This document shows positions 55,806-64,000 of a stretch of DNA of 64,000 bases, piece after piece. Below the pieces are notes generated by a model. It ran no database searches. It was not told where the DNA came from and saw nothing but the letters and a program-made list of their open reading frames with translations. The position numbers and the translations under genes were made by a program. Numbering within the stretch: the stretch's first letter is position 1; the number at the start of each line of letters is the position of its first letter. This stretch comes from an uncultured Thermoplasmata archaeon (GTDB taxonomy: Archaea > Thermoplasmatota > Thermoplasmata > Lutacidiplasmatales > UBA184), in NCBI GenBank assembly GCA_963773945.1, contig CAVZDD010000005.1, positions 768,503 to 832,502 on the forward strand. Direction: 5' to 3'.

Positions 55806-57956
55806 CTAGAACCCGATCACGTGGTGCAGGACGATCAGTACCACGAACAGGATCGAGATCGTGTTCACGACCTTGATCAGCGGGTTGATCGCCGGACCCG
55901 CGGTGTCCTTGGTGGCATCCCCTACCGTGTCCCCGACGATGGCCGCCTTGTGAGCGTCGGAGTGCTTGCCACCGTACTTGCCGCTCTCGACGTACTTCTT
56001 CGCGTTGTCCCACGCGCCGCCGCCCGTCGTCATCATGAGGGCGAGGGGCAGGCCCGAGAGAATGACCCCGAGCAGGACTCCCGCGAGCGCGAACGGGCCG
56101 AGAAGAAAGCCCACCGCGAGGGGAACGACCACCGCGATCGCGGCGGGGACGGCCAACTGGCGAATCGCCGTCTGCGTGACGATGTCGACACACCGGCCGT
56201 ACTCCGGCTTCGTGGTGCCGGCCATGATTCCGGGCATCTCCCGGAACTGACGGCGCACCTCGAAGACGATCGCTTGGGCGGCCACGCCGACGGCGTTCAT
56301 CAGGAACGAGGTGAAGAAGAAGGGCAGCAGCGCGCCGAGGATCAGTCCAACGACCACGAGCGGGTTGGTGATCGTCAGGTTCGTGATCCACATCGTGTAG
56401 GTCAGTCCCGAAGCGTTGGCCGCGGCGAATCCGTAGGCGGCGAACAAGGCGAGCGCGGCCAGCGCGGCGGACCCGATGGCATAGCCCTTCGTTACGGCCT
56501 TGGTCGTGTTCCCCACGGCATCCAGCGGGTCGGTGACAGCACGAGCCTCCGCCGGAAGGTTCGCCATTTCGGCGATGCCTCCCGCATTGTCCGTGATGGG
56601 GCCGAACGCGTCGATCGAGATGATCATCCCGGTCACGGCCAACATGCTGGACGCCGCGAGCCCAATCCCGTAGAGACCGAAGTAGTCGAAGGGCGGGAGG
56701 TTCTGGAAGCTGCCGGTCGCCGACCATCCGAGCGCGAAGAACGATCCCAGGATCGCGCCGACGATCACGAGACCCGACACCCACGTGGATTCGAGGCCCA
56801 CCGACAGCCCGGCGATAACGACCGGTCCTCCGCCGGACTGGGACGCCTCGGCGATCTTTTTGACCGGACCGTACTCCGAGCTGGTGTAGTAGTCGGTCAT
56901 GAAGACGATGGCCACCATCACGACGAGCCCCAGCACCGTCGCGACGAAGACGCCGGGACTTCCGTTCATCAAGAGCGAATCGAGAACGTAGAGCCCGATG
57001 ACCCCCAGCGCGGTCGTGACGGCCAATCCCTGGTACAGGGCCCCCATGATGGAGCCGCCCGGACGCATCCGGACGAACGCGTTACCGACGATCGTCGCGA
57101 CGATCGCCCAGCCGCAAACGACCAACGGGTAGAGGACCGCATGAGGGAACATCGCGAGGATGGGGTAGATGGTGGTGCCGAACGGGCCGCCCACCTTGAC
57201 GAGGGCCGCGATGAGCATGGCGCTCATCGCCGTCACGACATAGGTCTCGAACAGGTCGGCGGCCATGCCGGCGCAGTCGCCGACGTTGTCCCCGACGTTG
57301 TCGGCGATGACCGCCGGATTGCGCGGGTCATCCTCGGGAATGCCGGCCTCGACCTTTCCGACGAGGTCCGCGCCCACGTCCGCACCCTTGGTGTAGATGC
57401 CGCCCCCGACCCTCGCGAAGAGGCTCATCAGGGAGGCGCCAAACAGGAGGCCCACCATCGCGGAGACGTTTCCGCCGAGAATCATGTAGAAGCCGACGAG
57501 CTCAAGCAGCGCGAAGCCGGCGACCGAGAGTCCGGTGACGGACCCGCCCCGGAACGCGAAGCGCATGGTGGCGGCGAGATTCCCGCCGCGGGCGTGAGCC
57601 GCCGTTCGGACATTGGCGCGCACGGAGACAAACATCCCCACGGCACCCGCCAGGGCGCTCCCCACGGCGCCCAGGATGAAGCCGGCCGCGAGGTCGCCGG
57701 CGAATCCGACCCCTTCGGCGCTGGCGAATCCGGCAAAGATAATCACCGCGAGAATCGCGGCCACGACGAAGACGGTAGTGTACTCCCGACGAAGGAACGC
57801 GTTGGCGCCTTCGCGGATAGCGAGGGAGATGGATTTCATCTTGTCATCCCCCTCGGGTTCGCGCAGGACGAGTACGGATTGAATCGCGGCGTAGGCCAAC
57901 GCCACCAAGGAAGCCGCCAGGACTGCGATCTCGAGTTGGAATGGCGTGAACATCAT
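55806..57956 (-). CDS. hppA: Membrane-bound H+-translocating pyrophosphatase, K+-independent type
   Basis: DVGADLVGKVE, DNVGDNVGD and GNTTKA (Lys variant). Confidence 0.93.
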   Translation of the reverse strand: MMFTPFQLEIAVLAASLVALAYAAIQSVLVLREPEGDDKMKSISLAIREGANAFLRREYTTVFVVAAILAVIIFAGFASAEGVGFAGDLAAGFILGAVGSALAGAVGMFVSVRANVRTAAHARGGNLAATMRFAFRGGSVTGLSVAGFALLELVGFYMILGGNVSAMVGLLFGASLMSLFARVGGGIYTKGADVGADLVGKVEAGIPEDDPRNPAVIADNVGDNVGDCAGMAADLFETYVVTAMSAMLIAALVKVGGPFGTTIYPILAMFPHAVLYPLVVCGWAIVATIVGNAFVRMRPGGSIMGALYQGLAVTTALGVIGLYVLDSLLMNGSPGVFVATVLGLVVMVAIVFMTDYYTSSEYGPVKKIAEASQSGGGPVVIAGLSVGLESTWVSGLVIVGAILGSFFALGWSATGSFQNLPPFDYFGLYGIGLAASSMLAVTGMIISIDAFGPITDNAGGIAEMANLPAEARAVTDPLDAVGNTTKAVTKGYAIGSAALAALALFAAYGFAAANASGLTYTMWITNLTITNPLVVVGLILGALLPFFFTSFLMNAVGVAAQAIVFEVRRQFREMPGIMAGTTKPEYGRCVDIVTQTAIRQLAVPAAIAVVVPLAVGFLLGPFALAGVLLGVILSGLPLALMMTTGGGAWDNAKKYVESGKYGGKHSDAHKAAIVGDTVGDATKDTAGPAINPLIKVVNTISILFVVLIVLHHVIGF

Positions 57957-58092
57957 GAAACGGGCACCGAACTGACGGTCGGGCTGTCCGACAATTATTA
58001 AACACTTGCCGAGGCAACGGAAACTTCCCTCGGCGGGAGCTTCGGCCTGGGGAGAGGCCTTTCATACTCTTCCGTACCTCTTTAGTCGGCCG

Positions 58093-58290
58093 ATGCAATC
58101 GAACGCAATCCGGCCGCCCAGCCGCCGCACATTGCGGACCACGTGTCCTCGGTGCACCCGCCTGATGGAGCTTCAGCGGATGCGGGACCATCTGCGCGAG
58201 TCCCATCATCTCGAGAGTGCGGACTTGGATGCCGTGCTGCTCGTCGCCCGACGGGATGCGCTGCGCGGTCCGGCCCACGGCCGCCCCTAA
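58093..58290 (+). CDS. Small C2H2 Zn-finger protein, 65 aa
   Basis: CPRC...MRDHLRESH. Confidence 0.6.
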   Translation: MQSNAIRPPSRRTLRTTCPRCTRLMELQRMRDHLRESHHLESADLDAVLLVARRDALRGPAHGRP

Positions 58291-59234
58291 GCGAGCGCCG
58301 CCCCTCTTCGACCGAAGAGTCGAAGGACGAAGCCGGCGAGTTCGTGCATCCGAACGCCCCCGAGGTCCTTCCGAGCGTCGACTCCAGAGACCGAGACCCC
58401 CGCAATCCGGAGGGTGCCCTCGGCGTTCCAGGTGGACAACTCTCCCACCAGCGTACGCATCCGTTCCAACGAAAGCCCGCCTCCAGAGGGGGCACCGGTC
58501 GCGACCGGAAATTGCGCGGAGTCCAGCACGCTGACGTCCAAGTGTAGCACCACTTCGGTTGTGCGTTGCGTGAGCCGGCCGAGTGCTCCCATGAATTCGG
58601 CCTCCCCACCTCCTCCCTGAAGTCGGTCCGGTGTGAGCAAAGCCACCCGACTTTGGACAAGGGCCGTGGCCTCGACCGTCGAAGCATCGCGGATTCCCGC
58701 CAAGAGGGTGTCTACTTCCTGAACCAACGGGAAGCGGTCCCGGGCGAGGTGCGTCAACGAGAGGTGACCACGCCCGGTCGCCAGAGCCAGCACCATCATC
58801 ACCAGATCTCCGCCGGGGGAATCGGCCGCGGTCTGAAAACGGGCGGCGCCATCCAACGCGAGAAGTCCCATCCGAGGGGCCGAAGGGCGCCCGTCATGCA
58901 AGCCCGCCAGGAGTCCGAGCAGTACGGTGGCGTCCCCTCCGAACATCACGGGGGTCGACCCCGACCGTACGGTGTCCGCGACATGCGAGGCTACGGTCAG
59001 GAGAGACTCGCGAACTCGGCCCTCATTCTTTGGAACGGGACCTCCGGCGAGAAAATCGGTCGCCCCCGGGGGCGGGAGGGGGATATCCCCGGCATCAACC
59101 GCCACGACGCCGGCCACCGATGCCCCAGAAACCGCGAAGGTCCTGAGGGGATGGGAGGAGCCTTCCGTCCCCTCCGTCGGAAGCGAGCTCCGGAGCGGGG
59201 CCCCTAGGAAGGCCAGTCGACTGGCGGCCGGCAC
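58287..59234 (-). CDS. Arginase-fold protein with lost metal ligands
   Basis: GGDATV, LDGAARF, GIRD and HLDVSVLD...GGLS. Confidence 0.8.
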   Translation of the reverse strand: MPAASRLAFLGAPLRSSLPTEGTEGSSHPLRTFAVSGASVAGVVAVDAGDIPLPPPGATDFLAGGPVPKNEGRVRESLLTVASHVADTVRSGSTPVMFGGDATVLLGLLAGLHDGRPSAPRMGLLALDGAARFQTAADSPGGDLVMMVLALATGRGHLSLTHLARDRFPLVQEVDTLLAGIRDASTVEATALVQSRVALLTPDRLQGGGGEAEFMGALGRLTQRTTEVVLHLDVSVLDSAQFPVATGAPSGGGLSLERMRTLVGELSTWNAEGTLRIAGVSVSGVDARKDLGGVRMHELAGFVLRLFGRRGAALA

Positions 59235-59279
59235 GAGGAGGGAACTACGAGGAACGTATAGAATTCGCGGAGGGCCAAC

Positions 59280-61205
59280 CTAGGGATCGTACTCCCGGGC
59301 CGCAATCTTCGCGCGGAGGTGTTCAAGGACCTGGGCCGGGGTCAGACTCCGCTGCCCCTTCTGCCCATGCACGCGCAAGGCGACCGTGACCGCCGCGACT
59401 TCCTGCTCCCCGATCACCGCAATGTACGGAACGTGGGCGACCTCCGCCTCGCGGATCCGCTTCGAGAGCGTGTCCTGGCTATCGGTCGACTCGACTCGGA
59501 GACCCGCCTTGCGCCATTCCGCCGCGAGTTCGCCGACCCGTCCCACCTGGCGTTCGGTCACTGGAACGATCCGGATCTGAACGGGGGCCAGCCAGGGGGG
59601 GAGCCAGCCGGCGCAGTGCTCCAGGAAAACTCCGAAGAAGCGTTCCCACGACCCGAGGATGACTCGGTGGACGACCACGGGGGTGTGCAGCGCGCCGTCC
59701 GTCCCTTGGTATTGGAGTCCGAAGCGGGCGGGGATCAGGTAGTCCAGTTGGATCGTCCCGCATTGCCAGGACCTCCCGAGAGAGTCGCGGATGTGGATGT
59801 CGATCTTCGGCCCATAGAACGCGCCCTCCCCCTCGGAGATCTTGTATTTCGCGCCCGACGCGTCGAGGACGTTTTTGAGGGTCGCTTCGGCCCGGTCCCA
59901 CGTCTCCGGGGTGCCGAGGAACTTGGCCGGTCGGGTCGATAGTTCGGCGCTCCAGTCGAGCCGGAACGTCGCCAGGGCGTGCTCGATCCATTGGAAGAGG
60001 GTCTGGATCTCCGCGAAGATCTGGTCCTCGGTAACGAAGACGTGGGCGTCGTCCTGGACGAACTCGCGAGCTCGGGTGAGCCCATGGATCGTCCCGCTCG
60101 CCTCGAGCCGGTGGAGCGGGGCAAACTCGGCGAGTCGCATCGGAAGTTCCCGATAGCTCCGCGAGCGGGAACGGAACATCAGCATCGCGCCGGGGCAGTT
60201 CATCGGTTTGACGCCGAAGGGCCGGTCATCGACCGTCGTCAGGAACATGTTCTCGCGATAATGTTCCCAGTGGCCACTGGTCTCGTACACTGATTGCGGG
60301 TAAACCATGGGCGTTCGAATCTCCGAATAGCCGGCCTCGGCGAGATGCTCCTGCACGAACGCCTCGAGTTCCCGGATGACCACCATTCCCTTCGGGTGCC
60401 AGAAGGGGAAGCCTGGGATCTCCTCGGAGAACGTGAACAACTCGAGTCGCGGCCCCAGGGTGCGGTGGTCCCGGGCTTCGGCTTCGGCACGCCGCTTGAG
60501 GAAGGCGTCGAGCTCGACCCGCGTCGGAAAAGCCACGCCCCGGATGCGCTGGAACGTTGAGCCTGGCGCCGCGGTCTCAGGAGTGATCGCGGAGAAGCCG
60601 AGTATGTGGATGCCCGCCAGCCATCCGGCGTCGGGAACGTGGGGGCCACGACACAGGTCCGTGAACGTCCCCGTACGGTAGAGCGAGACGGGCTCCCCTT
60701 CCGGGACTTCAGCGATATATCGCAGTTTGTGGGGATTGTGCTGGAACAGTCGCTGGGCTTCGGGCTTGGAGACCTCGAATCGTTCGAAGCAGTCCTTATC
60801 GCCCACCGTTTCCAGGACCCTCGCCTCTAGCGCGGGAAGTTCCTCCGCCGTCAGGGGTCGCATTTCGAAGTCGTAATAAAATCCCTCCTCCGTCGGTGGC
60901 CCGACCGTCGGCAGCGCGGCAGGAATCAGTTCGGTGAGCGCCTTGGCCACCAGATGTGCGGCGGAGTGTTGGAGTATCTCTCGCCCTGCCGGGTCAGCGA
61001 AGTGGATTGGGGCGAGGGCACCGGGGTGGGTCAGCGGCCGGGCCAAGTCGATGGGGTGTCCGTCCAATGAGGCGGCGAGCGCGTGCTTGGCCTTCTCCCC
61101 ACTCCAATGGCGCAACGCGTCGCCTGCCGGGGTGCCTTGGGGCACCTCCGTCGAGGTGCCATCGGGCCAGTGAATGAGCACGGAGGGAGTTTCAAGGGGA
61201 GCCAT
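59280..61205 (-). CDS. thrS: Threonyl-tRNA synthetase (bacterial type)
   Basis: TGS domain, HSAAH, DLCRGPH, KPMNCP, QCGTIQLD and WLAPVQ. Confidence 0.95.
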   Translation of the reverse strand: MAPLETPSVLIHWPDGTSTEVPQGTPAGDALRHWSGEKAKHALAASLDGHPIDLARPLTHPGALAPIHFADPAGREILQHSAAHLVAKALTELIPAALPTVGPPTEEGFYYDFEMRPLTAEELPALEARVLETVGDKDCFERFEVSKPEAQRLFQHNPHKLRYIAEVPEGEPVSLYRTGTFTDLCRGPHVPDAGWLAGIHILGFSAITPETAAPGSTFQRIRGVAFPTRVELDAFLKRRAEAEARDHRTLGPRLELFTFSEEIPGFPFWHPKGMVVIRELEAFVQEHLAEAGYSEIRTPMVYPQSVYETSGHWEHYRENMFLTTVDDRPFGVKPMNCPGAMLMFRSRSRSYRELPMRLAEFAPLHRLEASGTIHGLTRAREFVQDDAHVFVTEDQIFAEIQTLFQWIEHALATFRLDWSAELSTRPAKFLGTPETWDRAEATLKNVLDASGAKYKISEGEGAFYGPKIDIHIRDSLGRSWQCGTIQLDYLIPARFGLQYQGTDGALHTPVVVHRVILGSWERFFGVFLEHCAGWLPPWLAPVQIRIVPVTERQVGRVGELAAEWRKAGLRVESTDSQDTLSKRIREAEVAHVPYIAVIGEQEVAAVTVALRVHGQKGQRSLTPAQVLEHLRAKIAAREYDP

Positions 61206-61323
61206 ACGTTGAGTTCGCCACGACCCGACTGGCGCCAAAAAGGTTTGGAAGGGCGCGCTGCGAGCCAAGGTTCGAATAATCGGACTTTTTGTATCGAGCG
61301 ACTACTTCGCGGACGGATAATGG

Positions 61324-62869
61324 ATGGAAAGTATGGTCGAGCCCAATTGGGATGCGCTGGGCCAGCGCTGGTGGTCCCACATCCAATTTCTCGCCGACGA
61401 CTCGCTCGAAGGTCGCGACACCGGCAGCCGCGGATACGAAAAGGCCGCCGACTACATGGCTGAACAGTTCCAGGCCGCAGGTTTGCAGCCCGCCGGCGTC
61501 GGCGGTTACCGGCAGCCCATGGACCTGGACGTTGTTCGGATTGACGAACCTCGATGCCTTCTCGAATTAGTCCACGAAGGACAGGTCGAGCTACTGAAAC
61601 TGGGCGACGACGCCCTGATGGGTGTCAGTTCGCATTCCCCCGAGAATTTGGAAGCCGGCGCCATGTTTGCTGGCTACGGCCTGACTATCCCCGAACTCGA
61701 CTACGACGATTTCGCTGGCCAGGACGCGAAGGGAAAGGTCGTGGTCCTGGTCACCGGTGGCCCTGCGAGCATCTCCGGTCCGAGTAAGGCCCACTACCAA
61801 TCGGACGAAGAACGCCGAAGGGTCCTTTGGAAGGGGGGGGCCGTTGGTGCGATCTTCATACAGAACCCCAAGAGTGTGGAGGTGCCTTGGTCGTTGATTG
61901 CCTCATGGCGCTTTCAGCCGGGTATGGAACTGCGCGACCCCGGGGACGACGCGCCGCCCCCGCTCCCACTGGGGGTGCTGTTCAATACCGAGCGGGCCGA
62001 CAAGCTGTTCACGGGCAGCGGCCGTACGTTTCAGGAGGTTCTCGCGGCGGTCCACGCCGATGGACCGTTACCGCGCTTTCCGCTCACAGTGAGCGTCCGG
62101 GCGCGCACCGGGATGACGCGTTCTCAACTGAAGTCCGAAAACGTGGTGGGGGTTCTCCCGGGCATCGACCCGAACCTAAAGGACGAGTACGCTCGTCGTG
62201 AGCGCGCACCTGGACCATGTGGGAATTGGTGAACCGGTCAACGGCGACCGAATCTACAGCGGAGCGATGGACGATGCTTCGGGTGACGCATCGCTGATCG
62301 AAATCGCCCGCTCTCTCAAAGAATCCAGAGCAACGCCGAAACGCTCGATTCTTTTCCTTTCCGTGACGGGTGAAGAAAAGGGCTTACTCGGCTCTCAATA
62401 TTTTGCTACCCACCCGACTGTATCTGGCCGACTCGTCGCCGGCCTCAACATGGACATGTTCCTCCCCCTTTTTCCGCTCAAGTACCTCGAAGTCCAGGGC
62501 CTCTCGGAATCCAGCCTAGGCGATGACATTCGCGCCGTGGCCGAGTCGGCGAACGTGTCGGTGCAAGCCGACAAGGAGCCGGAGCACAATCGGTTCATTC
62601 GCAGCGACCAATACAGCTTCATCAAGCACGGCGTTCCCGCGCTCGCATTCAAGTTCGGTTACATTCCCGGCACTCCAGAGGAAGAGATATTCAAGGCCTG
62701 GTATGCCGAGCGCTACCACGCTCCGTCGGACGACCTCGACCAGCCGGTCGACTTGGTCGCCGCCGCGCAGTTCAACGCGATCCTTGAAAAACTGATACTC
62801 CGCGTCGCCAACGCCGTCCGGCGTCCAGAGTGGAAGCCTGACAGCTTCTTCCGCCGCTTTGCTATATGA
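61324..62869 (+). CDS. M28 family peptidase with PA domain, frameshifted near 62192
   Basis: LEGRDTG...ENVVG in the first ORF; SAHLDH, GAMDDASG, GEEKGLLGS, RSDQ and YH in the second. Removing one C gives DEYVVVSAH. Confidence 0.85.
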
Positions 62870-63050
62870 CAACGGGTCCGTTTCGGACCCGCGGCCTTCG
62901 CCTACCGAGCTTACGGCTCCCCAGGGCATTTGAGGCGACCCAAGCCACAATCCTACCGGAGTGCCGTACTGCGGGCGTCGCCGCAACCACGGGAGGGTTG
63001 CCCCGACCGCGCGGCGACTCCTCATGCTCCACTGCGCTGCTCCAACGGGC

Positions 63051-63503
63051 CTAGGCCGACGTACGGCGGTTTCGAGCCGATTTCCGGGCCCGACTCGAAC
63101 CCGGTCGACGGGGGGCGGCGGTCTTGCCCGAGAGCTGGGATCGGTTGAAAAGTGCGGCGGCGCGGAACAAATCCTTCAGGGCGGCCTCGTTGATCTGATC
63201 CGGTTCCAAGATGTCCACCGCCCGCCACTCCTTCCCTCCCAATCCGTTGTTGAAGACTTTCTGGGGATCGGGGAGATGGGCACCCCGCGAGAAGGTGACC
63301 TTCACCTTCCCTTTCATCGGAGCCATAACGGCCATGACACCGTCGTGCGACCACGTGGGAGTACCCTGCCACTTCCACTCCTCGACGACATCGGGATCGG
63401 CTTCATGTATCAGACGGCGGATCTGCGCCATTCGATCGCCTCGCCAGTCATGGAGGCTGGCGATGTAGCGGTCGATGAAGTGTGAGGGAGGGGGTGCGCT
63501 CAT
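63051..63503 (-). CDS. DUF1801 domain protein
   Basis: DWRG...EEWKWQGTPTW...F.RGAHLPDP. Confidence 0.85.
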   Translation of the reverse strand: MSAPPPSHFIDRYIASLHDWRGDRMAQIRRLIHEADPDVVEEWKWQGTPTWSHDGVMAVMAPMKGKVKVTFSRGAHLPDPQKVFNNGLGGKEWRAVDILEPDQINEAALKDLFRAAALFNRSQLSGKTAAPRRPGSSRARKSARNRRTSA

Positions 63504-63521
63504 GGTCGGTCATCACCCCGG

Positions 63522-63944
63522 CTACTTCTTCCCCCAAGCCGAAGCCGCGGGGGGTTGATTCAAGGAGAAGAGGTTTCCATCAGGGTCGACAAAAGTGGCG
63601 GACGTGCCCCAAGGGTGCTCGAACGGCTCCTGGTGGAACTTCACGCCTCTCCCGCTGAGCTCATTGTGCATCCCCCGGCAGTCGGCCACTTTCATGACGA
63701 TAGGCGGGGACTTCCCGGGAGACCAACTTTTGGAGAGCTCCTTCTGAGAGGGGTCCGTCGTCCCTCCCACCTCCCAGAGCATTATCTCCAGGTCCTGGCC
63801 CTTTGGTCCGACGGTCACATACCGGGATGCCCCCCTGGGGGCGAAGTCCGTTTTGATCTCGAAACCCACTTTCTCGGTGTAGAACTCGACAGACTTCTCT
63901 TGGTTGCTCACGACGAGCGGGACACTCGCAATCTTGCCGTCCAT
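63522..63944 (-). CDS. VOC/glyoxalase family protein
   Basis: FYTEKVGF and PWG...FVDPDGN motifs. Confidence 0.88.
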   Translation of the reverse strand: MDGKIASVPLVVSNQEKSVEFYTEKVGFEIKTDFAPRGASRYVTVGPKGQDLEIMLWEVGGTTDPSQKELSKSWSPGKSPPIVMKVADCRGMHNELSGRGVKFHQEPFEHPWGTSATFVDPDGNLFSLNQPPAASAWGKK

Positions 63945-64000
63945 AGCTCTTACCCGCCCATCCGGGAGCCTAAAAGCATGTCCCGGAGGGCACGAATCCC

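Noticed and set aside
55518..58001. 827-aa ORF and similar long ORFs (43520-45538, 39010-40719, 37608-39080, 6118-8049)
   Set aside because: These are antisense or alternate-frame shadows of well-supported genes in high-GC DNA, with no motifs.
63065..63110. GGTTCGAGTC T-loop-like word on the minus strand
   Set aside because: No cloverleaf; it lies within the DUF1801 coding tail.
1..64000. CRISPR array, rRNA, tRNA or IS transposase
   Set aside because: None seen by eye. tRNAscan-SE and a CRISPR finder would be needed to exclude them formally.

Overview
This is a high-GC archaeal chromosomal segment. RFC large subunit, MptA, ABCE1/RLI, Mre11-Rad50 and a bacterial-type ThrRS point to a Thermoplasmata-like lineage (inference). 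Most of the window is housekeeping or metabolic: acs, SDRs, an ABC exporter, a Suf Fe-S cluster (sufR-like, sufC, sufS, sufB, sufD, sufU, sufT), a CysM/JAMM/Ubl-E1-rhodanese sulfur-relay operon, a B12 radical SAM, hppA and thrS. The standout is a 6.3-kb integrated element (28249-34569) flanked by a 12-bp direct repeat (TGCGTGCACGTC). It inserted into the last codons of the sufR-like regulator and supplies a synonymously recoded replacement 3' end (TCTHLIQLR*). It encodes a tyrosine integrase, a serine resolvase, several Zn-finger/HTH proteins and small putative structural proteins. It also contains a ~230-nt strongly base-paired non-coding segment and an ORF that is split by integration and rejoined in frame only in the excised circle. 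Four single-base frameshifts suggest residual indel errors in the assembly. I found no tRNA, rRNA or CRISPR array by eye.
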